A stretch of DNA of 62,967 bases, counting the filler, from Chiloscyllium plagiosum (lineage: Eukaryota): assembly GCF_004010195.1 (NCBI RefSeq). It is 4 parts of 2 records of this genome, joined end to end, with 100 filler letters (N's around TTAATTAATTAA, not from the genome) between each part and the next. Parts side by side here need not be neighbours in the genome. Positions count along the whole stretch, not along the records: positions 34,551 to 61,396 come from NC_057711.1; 3 more parts are not named here. One strand, written 5' to 3'. Positions 36,621 through 50,789 of this stretch are shown here, one piece after another (position 1 is the stretch's first letter; each line of letters opens with the position of its first letter). A model generated the notes under the pieces. The model was not told the origin of the DNA. It saw only the letters and a program-made list of their open reading frames with translations, and did no database searches. The translations under genes were made by a program, and so were the position numbers.

Positions 36621-36949
36621 ATTTGTACGAAAGATTCTGTAAATTTCAATAAATAAATTAATTAAAATGGGATGACAGAATAATTGATTGACACTTATTT
36701 AATCATTGTTCTCAGGAATACATGTGCAATGTTACTTTGAACGTCCAGTTCATAAAAAGGCATTGGAACATTTAAGATTGCCTTGACATTGTGGAATCTG
36801 GTGTGTTTTCCATCATGTACACAAGTGCTAGGGCCACAGTCTTTGGAGGCAGCAACCAGTGAAAGATTGCTGATTGTCTATTCTATTCAAGGCACTTCCT
36901 CAAGGTGAGAAGAGGAGGCGTGAAGTGGCAAATGGCAAGGATGCCTACA

Positions 36950-37322
36950 CACATAGAGTGATGTACAGCCTGGAAACAGACCCTTCGGTCCAACCCGTCC
37001 ATGCCGACCAGATATCCCAACCCAATCTAGTCCCACCTGCCAGCACACGGCCCATATCCTTCCAAACACTTCCTATTCATATACCCATCCAAATGCCTCT
37101 TAAATGTTGCAATTGTACCAGCCTCCACTACATCCTCTGGCAGATCATTCCATACACGTACCACCCTCTGCGTGAAAAAGTTGCCCCTTAGGTCTCTTTT
37201 ATATCTTTCCCCTCTCAACCTAAACCTATGCCCTCTAGTTCTGGACTCCCCGACCCCAGGGAAAAGACTTTGTCTATTTATCCTATCCATGCCCCTCACG
37301 ATTTTGTAAACCTCTATAAGGT
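36950..37322 (-). mobile_element. CR1 LINE 3' end, young
   Basis: LIEVYKIVRGMDRINRQSLFPGVGESRTRGHRF...FFTQRVVRVWNDLP. Confidence 0.92.
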
Positions 37323-37846
37323 GACTGTTAAAAAAAAAAATGGAATGCCGGACCCTCTCACTATCCATTTCAAAACAGGACTTAAGAATCTTGTGAGAGA
37401 GCATCACAGTTTTAGTATATGCTTCCAGCCACTTTGCATTCACCATCTGCTTTCCATATGCTGAGACTCTTGAGTACACTGCAGGTAACCCCACACCTTG
37501 TATTCTAAGCAGCAGGTACACAGCTCACCTCAGCTTAATATCAATCCTGTGCTAACTTTGCAAAACATATGTTCAGCAGACAGAATTTGGGTTTTAGGTA
37601 GTTCTCTGAATTATTAAGGTAAAAAGTCAGTTAGCTAATTCTAATGCAATATCTGACAAAGAAATTACCCTGCTGTATGTGCATTGCATACAAGTAACCT
37701 AACTACAGCATCAAAGTAATGTATAATGATGCACTAGGGTTCAATCAATTTACACCCCATAGATATTTATACTGTTACAAAGATATTTCATAGCTTTAGT
37801 GGACTTAATGTTGATGAATTGTGAAGATGCCTGGACTGTGCCTTTT

Positions 37847-38135
37847 TTAGATTAGATTACCGCAGTGTGGAAACAGGCCCTTCGGCCCAACAAGTCCACA
37901 CCGACCACCCGAAGAGTAACCCACCTGGACCCATTTCCCTCTAACTAATGCAATGGCCAATTCACGTAACCTGCACATCATTGGACTGTGGGAGGAAACC
38001 AGAGCACCTGAAGGAAACCTACACAGACACAAGGAGAATGTGCAAACTCCACGCAGACAGTCGCCCAAGGCTGGAATCGAACCTGAGTCCCTGGTGCTGT
38101 GAGGCAGCAGTGCTAACCATTGAACCACCATGCCA
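37847..38135 (-). mobile_element. HE1-like SINE
   Basis: Reverse complement of the SINE consensus. Confidence 0.88.
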
Positions 38136-38839
38136 CATTCGTTTTTGAAGAGGTCAATGAAAAACATATTGAAATATCTTTAAACAATGAGGCATTTCTT
38201 TGAAACTTCATGGTCCGAGGTAATTTCTGGGCTTTGTTACGCAAACTCAATGTAAGGAAAACAACCCATCGGATCAAGGTTTGCTTTTAGGGCTGTTTTA
38301 TGTGAACAGTATTTGCAGGCTCAGAAATTTGTGCTTGGATTTTAATTGGGAAAGGCTGCTACATAACAAGCAGCTTGGGTCATCCCTCCCATTTCTGAGA
38401 AAGGTTCACAGTGAGATCAGAGTGAAACCTGATTGGTCTTCTGGAAGAACTTTCCAAAGTTGTATTTCCAAAATAAGCTGTGTCTACCAACACCACAGAG
38501 ACAGCCATGTGAGATTAAGGACTTGACCATGTGCAAGAATACGAGATCAGCAGAATTTAGAATACTCTGCGTCTTATCCTTTGTTGTCTTTCAGAATGGT
38601 CATAATATGTTTTTCTTTTCAAAATGAATCTCTAAAGTGGGAATTCCATTTTTTCTCCCATTATCTGAAGAATATATGTGTTTTGGGTTATTTAGAGGGG
38701 TAAACATTTATCTTTTCAATTAAAAATTGGGCATGTTAATCAATTCTGTATCTTCACAGAATGGGACTTGTTTTATATTAAATCAATACCTTTACTTTAT
38801 TAAAGAAACCCGGTTAATGGATGTTTTTAGAATATAAAA

Positions 38840-39910
38840 TGGTACACAGTATTCCAAATGTGGTCAAACCAAAGTCCCATACAACTGTAACATGATCTTC
38901 CAACTCTTGTACTCAATACCCCGTCCGATGAAGGAAAGTATACCGTATGCCTTCTTGACCACTCTACTGACCTGCATTGCCACCTTCAGGGTACAATGGA
39001 CCTGAACACCCAGATCTCTCTGTACATCAGTATTCTCCAGGGCTTTTCCATTTACCATATAATTTGCTCTTCAATTAAATCTTCCAAAATGCATCACCTT
39101 GCATTTGTCCGGATTGAACTCCATCTGCCATTTCTCTGCCCAACTCTCCAATCTATCTATATTCTGATGCATTATCTGACAGTCCCCATCACTATCTTCT
39201 ATTCCACCAATTTTAATGTCATCTGCAAACTTGCTAATCAGACCACCTATACCTTCCTCCAGATCATTTATGTATATCACAAACAACATGGATTCCTGTG
39301 GAACACCAGTGGTCACAGTTCTCCATTTATATTAAATTTATATTGCTCACAGATGATCCAACGCTGACATGTAGAGATGTAATGCATGGTGCAACATATT
39401 GCCTAATGCCAACCAGATCTGAAGCTCGGCTGATACAGAACTTTTGATGAGAAGTAGGCCATTAAGCCCCTTGATCCTGTTCTACCATTTGGTGAGATTG
39501 TGGCTGGTCTATGGCCTAACTCCATATAGTTACCTTTGTCCCATATCCTTCAATACCTTTGCTTAACCAAAATACATCTACCTCAGATTTAACATTAACA
39601 ACTGGTCCAGCATCTACTGCTGTTTGTGGAAGAGAGTTCCAAACCTCTCCCATCCTTTGAGTGCAGATTTGCTTCCTAATGTCTCTCCTGAACAGTCCGA
39701 TCCTCAGTCACAGACTCTGCTCCCTAGTTCGAGAACCCCCAACCAGTGGAAATAGTTTATCTTTGTCTACAATGGCTTTTCCTGTTAATATCTTGAAGAT
39801 TTTGATCAGATCACACCTTAACCTTCTAAATTCTGGAGAAAACAGGCCTAATTTGTATAATCTCTCCTCACAACCTAACCCCTGAACTCCAGGGATCATC
39901 CTTGTACTCC
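38840..39910 (-). mobile_element. Two CR1 LINE fragments (38840-39320 and 39440-39910)
   Basis: GVPQESMLFVIYINDL..SKFADDIKIGG..WQMEFNPDKCKVMHFG; EERLYKLGLFSPEFRRLR. Confidence 0.85.
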
Positions 39911-40669
39911 CTCCACAGCCAACATATCCTTCGGAACGAAGAAAGTGCTGGGCTATTGGAAGCATCTTTTAATAAGACATTAAACCTGTCTCTTTTATCA
40001 GGTTGATGTTAAAGATTCCATGATTCTAATTCAAAGTGCAGGGAAGCTGTCTATATTGTCCTGGCTGATATTAATCTTTAATTCACCCTACCTTTTAAAA
40101 GGAACACAGATTCCTGGTAATTATCACATTACTAATGAGTGTAGCTGAGGCAATTAAGTGTGAACCTGTGAGTGGGATATGGAAGCTTGGAATGTTAACA
40201 TTCTTGTAAACTTTGTTCCAAATATCTAACCCAGCCTGTAAGTGGAAGGTACTGAGTTCAAATTCACATTCAGTTTGAGAGAGGAGAGTGGGTCTAAGAC
40301 TAGAATTTTAAAATTATATAAGAGCCACCAATTGGGCATGAATGCTGAGTGAACTGGTTTATTAGACTAGGGGGTACTTATTTAAACACATAATTTCAGA
40401 ACATAAACAATAACTATATCCCTAAAGGGAGAATCTACCATCTATGGTTAACTAAAGAAACTAGGGAAAGCATTGGCCTGAAAGATAAAGCATCTGTCTG
40501 CACAAAAATCAGTAACGGGCAGGTGACTCTTCAGAACATAAAATAAAAGGCTAAATTGTTAATTAGGAGCAACAAATTAGATTACTCTAGCCAGACAAAT
40601 TAACATGGATAACAACAGCTTTTGTATGCTGGGCCTTGTGAGAGTGAGAATGGAGTTAATTGTAGATAT

Positions 40670-41301
40670 TGTGATGATGCTGTAGCTTTAAGAAGTTATT
40701 TTGTTCTGGTTTCTTTTAAGAGACATTGAACAAAAGGTGATGAGCTGGCTGATTAAGATCTTTTGAGTAAACAGTTTGGGAGGCTGAGGGTTTTTGTTCA
40801 ACAGCCTGAATGGGGGTGGCCAGCTCTCACAGATCAGTATTTCTGAGTTTTGTGTTTTTCTCAGTAACATCAGAAGCTGTTTGAGGTCTCAACAGAGTTG
40901 GACACTTCAATGAATGTCTCCTGGCTGCTACTTTCTCTGAATTTCTCGTGATACCTTTTCCTCCTGGATTGGAGACCTGTATCTGAGGATCTTTGTCAGA
41001 ATTTGCCTTTTTGCCAAGGGAGTGTGTTTATGGGATGTTACTATACTGGAACAGTTAATTAGTAATGGTTACTGCATCTATTATTCTATTAAGTTTCCAA
41101 TAGCATTGCTATTCTAAATCCTCTTTCTTTGGTGCATTTTAACTACAATGTTTAAATAAATTGTTTTACTTAATGTTGAGTAGTTAGACTATTGCATTGC
41201 ATCTGCTATAGGCACTTCACATTTACCTTTAAAATAAGAAAAAGTTAGAGTCCAGGATACCTTCTTCATATATTTTCAGGGGTCTATTTTGTTACGTAAC
41301 A
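40670..41301 (+). mobile_element. Solo LTR inserted in a degenerate CR1 (about 40130-42200)
   Basis: TGTGATG...CGTAACA termini, ATAT TSD (40666-40669 and 41302-41305), AATAAA near 41155; CR1-like sequence resumes across it. Confidence 0.8.
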
Positions 41302-41611
41302 ATATTAAGGAAATAAGGAAATGAACAAATGTTTTGCTTCTGTGTACACTGCAGAGGCCAATAATAGTTGTAAATTAGCAGATGGAAGGGAGAGAGGAGC
41401 TTAATGAAATTACCATCACTGAGGAAGCAGTACTCAGCAAACCAATGCATCTGTGAGCTGACAAGTCTTTGGGTTCTGATGGACTTCATTCTAGAGTCGA
41501 AAAGTTGTTGTTAGTCGGGCAGAAGATGCATTGGTGTTAATTCTCTACATTGGTGTTAATTCCCTAGATTTCGTAAAAGTACCAAAGGATTGGAAAGGAG
41601 CAAATACAATT

Positions 41612-41880
41612 AGGGACGCATGGTGGCTCAGTGGTTAGCACTGCTGCCTCACACTACCAGGGTCCCAGGTTCAATTCCAGCCTTGGGTGATTGTCTGTGT
41701 GGAGTTTGTACATTCTCATGTCTGCGTGGGTTTCCTCCCACAGTCCAAAGATGTGCAGGTCAGGTGAATTAGCCACGCTAAACTGTCTGCAGTGTTAGAT
41801 GCATTAGTCAGAGGGAAATGGGACTGGGTGGGTTACTATTCAGAGGGTCAGTTGGGCCGAAGGGCATCTAATCTAATCTT
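41612..41880 (+). mobile_element. HE1-like SINE
   Basis: A/B boxes and central domain. Confidence 0.85.
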
Positions 41881-42840
41881 CTTTTCAGGAAGGTGGAAAG
41901 AAACAGTGGGAAGCCAGTTTGTTTAACATCTGTCAAGGGGAAGATGGAAGAATTAATCATTAAAGAGATTATAACTGGGCACTTGGAGGAAGGGTAGCTT
42001 GGTAATCAGGAGGATTGGTGTTATGAATATGAAAGGGAAATTGTTTCACAAATTTATTTGAGTTGTTTGAAGGAATAACATGTGATGTGGATAAAGGAAA
42101 GGTGGTGAATGTACTGTATTTTGATTTCCAAAAGGCATTTGAAAAAGTGTCATATCAAAAGTTATTGCAGAAAACAGAAGTTCTTGATATACGAGGTCAC
42201 ATATGAGCACTGGGATGTCAAAGAGGGGAACCCTGTTTTGCTGCTTTTAATTTGAGATGTTTAGGGAAGCATCAAGAAGTGGAACAGAGCTGCTTCTTAT
42301 TCCATGCATGCTTTTTGATTTGATTTGATTTTGATTTTATTGTCCGGCGTATTTTATAGTAAGAATACAATAAAATACTGTAAAATACTTTCATTTGTTG
42401 CCATGAAATGGCTCCATTATAAGAGTAAGGAAAAAAAGTATAATTTGAAGTGAGTCAATTGTTGTATTCCTCACTAATTAAAGTGAATACAGTTAAGTGG
42501 CAACTGTTAATTAGAGATGCCTTATCACCAAGCCTCCACAGCCAAGGAAACTTGAGTCAATAGTTCACTGTCCAAATATATCCAGTCCAACCTGAGAAAA
42601 CCGTATCAATGCTTATCCAGTAAATGAGCCCTGGTATTATACCTTGTTGTTTCAGACCTGGCATTAGAAAGTTACCTGTTTTAAACCTAATGCATTCACC
42701 ACTCTTATCACTTGGTGCTGAGGGAGAGACGCAGCATGGGGGAGTTGGAGTTAATCATTCATGTATTTGTCTGAACAAGTGAGAGTACATCGAAAAATGT
42801 CAAGCCGTTTTCATTACGTTTACCATAATCTTACGTTTAC

Positions 42841-43000
42841 CAGGTCAGGTGAATTGGCCATGCTAAATTGCCCGTAGTGTTAGGTAAAGGGGTAAATGTA
42901 GGGGAAATGGGGAATGGGTGGGTTGCGCTTCGGCGGGTCGGTGTGGACTTGTTGGGCCGAAGGGCCTGTTTCCACACTGTAATGTAATCTAATCTAATCT
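42841..43000 (+). mobile_element. 5'-truncated HE1-like SINE
   Basis: Only the 3' half (CAGGTCAGGTGAATTGG...TAATCT) is present. Confidence 0.85.
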
Positions 43001-46000
43001 TTTGAAGCAGAACTGCACAACATTAATATTCAGAACACTTAAAAAAAAACAGAATGTAAGATTCACAATATGAAAAAAATACTTTAAATAATTAATTCTT
43101 GAAACACATGACAAATAAATTGAACATCTCAATTATTGTAAGGAGGATAAATTTATACTTAGGTATTTATCTGTAAATCATTTAGCTTTACATATTCTAA
43201 CAGATTAGCATTCATGGCAAATATAAGATTGTTAATTGTCCATCTGATTCATTGGCTTAGCACCTCAATGTTTTTGAATCATTCCCAAATAAACTAACAT
43301 CAGTGAAGACGTTTGATGAAATTGCTTACAAATCAGACTGAGATGAGAATTACAAACTAACATGGAAATCTAACTAAACTTCAGGCATGTTGACACTGAC
43401 ACCCTGTTCAAAGCTCTCTATTTTAAACAACTTGAAAGAATTTAAAAGTTAGTTTTCTGATGCGTTTGTAATCTACCAAGTTTCTCCTTTGACTTCCTCT
43501 CCTTAATGCACTCCAGGCAGTCCCCCCCAACATTGTGATTGGGTTTAGTTCTGGAGCCCATTCACAAGTTGATTTGGACACAAGTCAGATTACAATGAAG
43601 TACGATGTAAAGCAGATGCTTGTAACTACAGGAAATGATCATATGTCAGGACATTAAAATTGCACCCCTGTTAGGGATTGAATGTCAGGTGGTCATAAAT
43701 CAGTGACCCCCTGCAATGCATTATTGATGCACATTTTAATGAAAAACATTGGATATAGGCTGGTGCTCAATGTCCACACCTTACCCTGATGGAGTGATAA
43801 TAGGTCATTATTTTTTTCACGGGACATGACAAGGCCTAATTGTCCAGAGGGCAATTAAGAGCCAAACATGGGTTCCAAGTTGCATGTAGGCCAGAGCAGG
43901 TAAAGACAGCAGATTTATTTTCCCATGGTACATTAGTGAACCAGATGGTTATTTTTAAAATGGCAAGGGACAGTCACCACGAGATTAATTATTTTTTAAA
44001 TCTTAGTTCAAATTCCACAGATTACCAGAGTGGGGTTTGAACTCATCTTTGAAAACTAGCCTGGAGCTCTAGATTTGCAAATTCTCAGTTGGGGTTCAGT
44101 AGGACATGGAAGCTAATTTTCATGCTGTAAAACCACCCTAATACCATCAACTAGCAGAGCCTGGGTCTTTAATGGTCTGCATAGCTAAGCACTCACTGCT
44201 TTAACCAAATGATGTTTGATCTACTCAACAGTTCGACAATAATTGGCACCATTGCAACCCCACCTAAAATCATACTGAGCTGTTCAATGTGATTCATCCT
44301 TTAATCAACTGAAACCTTTTTAATTGAGTTATTACTTGATTCTGATCTAAGACTGCTGTAATTTTGTCAATGAACCATCAACGTTCAAGACTCTTCATTT
44401 GCATTATCAGTTCACAGATTAGAAGAGAAAATACTTAGAATATTTATCAATAAGTGGTAATTATCCAATTAATATCAATAAATTATAAGTTTTAGGACAT
44501 AGAACTGTACAGCCCCATCAGCCCTTGATGTTGTGCTGGCCTTTTATCCTACTCCAAGAGCAAACTAACCTACATACCCTTCATTTTACTATCATCCTTG
44601 TACCTATCCAAGGATCGCTTAAATGTCCCTAATGTATCTTATTTTGTTCAACTCACTGGGTTAGTTCACTGGAAATAAAGCCCTGCTATACCCAGTGTCA
44701 TCACAAAATAAAAAAGCAAGATTCCTCAATTTTCCAGATTTTCTAAATCTGGTTCACAGAAAGCATGGTCCTGGTTTCTGCACGGAGTAAAAATTAATAT
44801 TTATTACAGGGAAATACAATCTAGCTATAGGTAAAGGTTTTGGAACCATTAATATGTGCCCCCTTTATAAGATATGTCTTACACGCAGATACACGCACAC
44901 ATAACACATACACAGAGAGGAAAAAACAAGGTTTTTAAAGGTGGACGGAAAGACTAAGAAAGCAGTTCAGTAATTCCTGCTCTCAAGGTCTGCTGAAGCA
45001 AGTCTTGTGCCAATCAAAATGCTGCACCTGAGACTTCCTTCACTGGTATGTAGCAGGCACAGGTTGTCTGGTTCATATATATAAAGGATCTTAAAAAAAG
45101 ATTTATAACGTATTTATTAATTATAACTTATGAAAGAAAATGCTGGAAGTGGTGTTAATCAAGAAGACTATTTATCCCGGATGGTGGCAAGCTTCTCAGG
45201 TATTGTTGGAAATGCATCTATCCAGGCTAGTGGGGAGTATTCACTCAGACCCCTGACTTGTGCCTTATAGATGGTGGACAGACTTTGGAAGTCAGGAGGT
45301 GAGTTATCCCAGATTTACTAGCTTTTGACCCGATCTTGTAGCCACAGTATCTAGATGATTGACCAAACCTAACTGGACTATCATAACTCCTAGGATGTCG
45401 ATAGTTTGCAAAAGTCATTAAAATCAGATTTCTCAGTGCATTATGACTGCAACGATTGTGGCAGTTCAGGCAGTATTAAAAAGGTAATAAAGATATAATA
45501 TTCAGTGTTAAAGATTTAAGTATCCTAATACAAATGTGTTTTTGTATTTAATACAGTTCCCAAGATTAATATGATTAAAATTGTTTTAATAAGATGAGTC
45601 TGTATCTTTTAAATTCTGGGCCCATCACTAGTCTTTTTATATTAACAATTCACATTATCAGAACAGGTGAAGGTGCTTGAGCTGCATCATTGAATAAATT
45701 AGTGTACACTTCTTGAAATGTCATTGTCAATTAAATTTAGATTAAGTCTGAGAATTAAGAATCTGCCTAATCCTGAGCAATGCATAAAAATAGATCTACA
45801 CCGTATTAGAATCTAACAACGTTCCATTACAGACAAGCATTGATGGTTACTACATGCTGGAAATGAACAATTGATGGATTTACAGCTAGCAGTTAAACCT
45901 CTAAATCGCCTCCTCCAGAGATTATTTCAAACACTTACTTGCAGCCTCCATATATGCATCCCAGTCCATGTGTCTCTCTGAGGCACTGACTGATTGTAAT

Positions 46001-46049
46001 AACTTCAGATACAGTGGAGTGAAACAAAGCAAGCTTAATCTGACATTCA

Positions 46050-46552
46050 ATTCTAATCGCCACATTACAGGGAAGATGTGGAGGCTTCAGAGCAGGTGCA
46101 GAAGAGTTTTACCAGGATGCTGCCTGGATTAGAGGGTATGAGCTATAAGGAGAGGCTAAAAAAACTCAGGCGGTTTTCTCCGGAGCGGTGGAGGTTGAGG
46201 GAAATTATGAGATACATAGATAGGACTGATGGCCAGAATCTCTTACCCAGAGTTGCAATGTCTAAAACAAGGGGTCACGCATTTAAGGTGAGAGGGGGAG
46301 AATTCAAAGGAGACGTGAGGGACAGGTTGTTTTACACAGAGAGCGATAAGAGTCTGGAATGTACTGCCGGGGTGGTGGTGGATGCACATACGATATCGGT
46401 GTTTAAGAGAGTTCTAGATAAGCACATGAAGAAGCAAGGAATGGAGGGATAGGGACCAAGGGTGGGCAGAAGGGATTAGTTTAATTTGGTGTCAGGTTTA
46501 GCACAACATCATGGGCCAAAGGGGCCTGTTCCTGTGCGGTATCGTTCTATGA
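46050..46552 (+). mobile_element. CR1 LINE 3' part
   Basis: EQVQKSFTRMLPGLEGMSYKERL..TRGHAFKVRG. Confidence 0.88.
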
Positions 46553-46868
46553 GGAAAAAGTGAGGACTGCGGATGCTGGAGATCAGAGTCAAGAGTGTGG
46601 TGCTGGAAAAGCACAGCCAATCAGACATTCGTGACTGAAGAGCTTCAGAGCAGAGATGACCGGGGAAGGGGGGGGGGTTTGCATTGAGAGAGAGAAAGAC
46701 TCACTGAGATCCTTGTCGAGAGAGGTGAACTTCTTCAAGGTAGGCATCCTTGGATGAGGCTTCGCAGTAAGGTTAAAATCAAGCCATTCCTGATGAAACA
46801 TCGATTCTCCTGCTCCTTGGATGCTGCCTGGCCTGCTGTGCTTTTCCAGCAACACACACTCTACTCTG
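46553..46868. mobile_element. Penelope remnant with inverted ends
   Basis: GCTGGAAAAGCACAGC mirrored by GCTGTGCTTTTCCAGC. Confidence 0.65.
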
Positions 46869-47344
46869 TATCATTCTATGTACTATTCCCTGTAAATTGT
46901 ACAGTGCACCGTTTTCCCCTTAAAACAAGTATGCAAACAAATACATATTTTTGAAATTAATGTTGGAAATCTTAGCACTCTAATGCAAGCAGCAAGTTTA
47001 AAGTTGTGTATGGAATCTTACTAACTTGTCCCCATCTAACCTGATGACATTTATTTTCTGCAGGTAATCCAAAAAGCATCAGACATGCTACACTGGAAAT
47101 TTTTAGGTTAAAAATGACATATTCGGAAGCATATTATGATTGAATTTTACATCCAGTTTCAAAGGGAGTGGATCTAAGATTACTATTTTAATGTGGGCCT
47201 CCAGCCTGAGGTGGTTGAGGTTATTCTGCAAGCCAGCAGAGTATTGAGTAAGCAATGGAATTCTCTTTCTCAGAAAACTGTGAGGACTGGATCATGGTTA
47301 TGGAGGGCAGGCAGGAAGGTGGAGTTGAGCCATAACCATATCAA

Positions 47345-49125
47345 AAAACAAAGATCAGCACAGGAACTGGCCCTTCAACCCACCAAGGCTGTGCTGACAC
47401 AACATCTTTCTAAATGACAAATCTTCGGCCTCAGTGCGGTCCACATCCCTCTATTGCGTGTCTATGCATGTATCTGTCAAGATGTCTCAAACATTGCTAT
47501 TGTATCTGCTTCTACCCCCTTCTCTACTGAAAAACACATCTTTCATATCTCCTTTAAGATTTCCCATTTTTACCGTAAACCTGTGCCCTTGTAACTGATA
47601 CTTCCACCCTGGAAATCAGATTCCAACTCTCCATTGCATCCATGCCTCTCATAACTTTGTAAATCTCCATCAGGTCAGTCCTTACTCTCTGACATTCAAG
47701 TGAAAATAAACTGGAGTTTGTCTGATCTCTCCTCATAACTAGCACTTTTCAAACCAGGCAACATCCCGGTAAACCATTTCTGTATGCGCTCTAAAGCCTC
47801 GACATCCTTCTAGTAGTGTGACCAGAAATGTACACAATATTCCAAACATGGCCTCAATAAAGTTCAATACAGCTACAACATGACTGGCCAATTTTTATGC
47901 TCTGACTAATAAGCCTTCTTGCCACTTTCAGAGAACTGCGCACTGTATGTGGAGATCCCTTTGTGTTAATGCTTGCAAGAGTTCTGCCATTTATTGCATA
48001 CTTCCCTCCAGCATTAAACCTCCCAAAATGCATCACCTCGCATTTGTCTGGATTAAACTCCACCTGCCATTTCTCTGCCCAAGTCTCCAACCTATCCATA
48101 CCCTGCTGTATCCTCTGGCAATCCTCACTATTCACAGTTCCCCAACATTTGTCATTAGCAAACTTACAAATCAAACTACCCTCATTCTCTTCCATATCAC
48201 ATTTATATATATTACAAACAATAAGAGTCCCAGCACTGATCCCCACAGAACACCAGTGGTCACAGATCTCTAGGCAGAAAAACACTTTTCCATTGCTACT
48301 GTTTGTCTTCTATGACCAAGCCAATTCTGTATCCATCTTACCAGTTCACTGCATGTGAACTTGTGACTTCACCTCCTGTATCAGACTGCCATGAGGGACC
48401 ATGTCAAAGGGCTTGCTAAAATCTATGTCAACATCACCAATTAACTTTGTCGCTCAAAAAACTCAAGTTTGAGATACATGACCTCCCCCTGCAAAAGGTC
48501 ACGTTGTCTGTCGATAGTAAGTCCACAGTTTTCCAAATGACAGCAATACTTATTTTTAAGAATCTTCCAATAATTTGCCTACCACTGAAGGAAGGCTCAC
48601 TGGCCTGTAATTTCCCAAATTATCACTGCTGACCTTCTTGAACATAAGAACAATGCTGGCTCGTCTCCAGCCCTCTAGGACGTCACTTGTGACAAAAGAG
48701 ACAAAGATTTCATACAATGCCCAGCAATTTCCTCCCTCAGTATTCTGGGAAAGGCTCCATCAGGTCCTGGAGACTGCTGATTGTACCTTGTTACATGTGA
48801 CAACAAAAATCAAAGTGATGTTTTGCATGCTATCTACCTTAGTGCTTTCCAAAGCACCCAACACAACCATCTTTTTATACTGACATACCTTGGAATATCA
48901 CATAACCATCTCTAGAGTCACCATTTACCATGTTCTCCTGCTTTGGAAATACCAATACTAAGTATTTGTTAAGAATCGTACCCATACCCTCCAGCTCCAT
49001 GCATAAGTTTCCTTGTGTCCTTCAGCGGACCTACCCTTTCCCCAGCTACACTTTTGCTCATTTTATACATATGAAAGGTTCAGGATTTTCCTTAATCCTG
49101 TTTGTCAAGGTCATTTCATGGCCCA
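47345..49125 (-). mobile_element. CR1 LINE ORF2, degenerate
   Basis: LICKFAND..WAEKWQVEFNPDKCEVMHFG translation. Confidence 0.85.
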
Positions 49126-49420
49126 TGGGGTTGAAGTGTTCTGAGGCAGAAGATGAGGCGTTCTTCCTCCAGGCGCCGGGTGGTGAGGGAGCGGCGGTGA
49201 AGGAGGCCCAGAACCTCCATGTCCTCGGCAGAGTGGGAGGGGGAGCTGACTTCAACCCCAGGGCATCAATGTGGACTTCACCAGTTTCCTCATTTCCCCT
49301 CCCCCACCTCACCCCAGTGCCTGTATTCCTGATGAAGGATTTTTGCCCGAAGTGTCGATTTTCCTGCTCCTCGGATGCTGCCTGAACTACTGTGCTTTTC
49401 CAGCACCACTCTACTCCAAA
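49122..49420. mobile_element. Penelope fragment with an internal inversion
   Basis: Minus-strand GIY-YIG piece (49122-49248) joined to a plus-strand 3' end with a hammerhead-like core at about 49329. Confidence 0.75.
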
Positions 49421-50152
49421 TATTTTCACATGCCAGATGTGGCTTTACCCTCAAACATCTGCCACCGTTCTACTTTCCTCAGTTACTACCCGATATTATC
49501 ATTGTTAGTCTTGCCCCAGTTTAGTATTCCACCCGAGATCTACCCTTATCTATGAGTAACTTAAAACTCCCCTAAGGAAATGCTAGATCAGGCCTAAAGG
49601 GGTCAGAGTGAATGAAAGCCTTTGCACTGTCAACATGAAAACTGCTGCAGGATACATCCTGTTAGTGCTAATATAATGCAAAGAACAACAGACCAAAGTC
49701 TTGTGAATAATGTCGTATTTTACACCAACACCCAATGAGTTTACATATCTCTGATAGCTTCTTATTGAAGGTGAACTTAACCCTGCATCCAACTACACAG
49801 TTAAAAGGCAAATAGTTAAAATCTAAAATATTAGATATAAGCACCAATGAAAATAATTAATTTCCTTTCACATGTTGGTCTTGAATGTCACACGCTGTTC
49901 GAAGTTACCAATGTCATCCATATGGATAAATGTGGATTCATACACTGAAAGTTGCATCTAATTCTCTCAGGGGACAAGAAGAAATTCCAATCTGTTTTGA
50001 AAGTGTATGTGATGAAACATTTCATTTCGGAGTATAAGGAGAAGAAATGGGAAGAGTGAGTCATATGACAATATCGCAAGAAGGTGCAGTAAGAATACAG
50101 AAAGGCTTCTTTTCATGTCATTAATGGTATATGTTACAATTACTTCATATAT

Positions 50153-50158
50153 TTTATT
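50153..50158 (-). terminator. Candidate PUM3 polyadenylation signal (AATAAA)
   Basis: TTTATT on the + strand about 340 nt past the PUM3 stop; position-based inference only. Confidence 0.45.
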
Positions 50159-50497
50159 GTATAAAAAAAAACAACTTGGGATAACCAATTTTTAAAAAGT
50201 CCACAGCAGAAACTTTTGCAACCATGATTCATATTATCAGTATGAATAGGAATGGCATTGCCTACTTTGTGTCACCAACAGTTTTGTTCAAGTCCTCCCA
50301 TAGAAATATTGGTTGTTAAAGGCCAGAAATCAGTTGGTTATGTTTTCAATTGCAAAACGTGAATTTAGGAGCTTGAAAATAGCTGATGCAAAATGTTACT
50401 ATAACAAATTACTATTCCTTTAAAATTATTATTCCTTTACATTTTATACGTATGAAACATTTTGAGCTGTCTTACTGAGGCACAATATTTTCCATCT

Positions 50498-50630
50498 TCA
50501 CTCGGCAGTCAATTTTTCTATCAACATTTCTACACCCTTCACATTTTCCACCATCTTTAACTTGGGAATGAGCATCTTGAGGGCTTTGTTTACTTTCTTG
50601 GATACATCTTCATTCTTACTCTGAACAAGA
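50498..50630 (-). CDS. PUM3: Pumilio homolog 3 (Puf-A/KIAA0020), last coding exon
   Basis: tttcag|T CTT GTT CAG...GAG TGA; LVQSKNEDVSKKVNKALKMLIPKLKMVENVKGVEMLIEKLTAE* resembles recalled human LLQSCDLEVANKVKAALKSLIPTLEK..KGIEILLEKLST. Confidence 0.9.
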
Positions 50631-50789
50631 CTGAAAAAAGCAATGTAGAAACATTAAAGCTCACAGTCAAAACAATTTCGCAAAAGCTGTTTCCTGCAAT
50701 TCATTGGAAAAAAAACAAAACACCAAACAAACTGAAATTACTTGAATTGTTAGAACCCTTGCTGAGTTTTCATTATTTTCTCAATTTTG

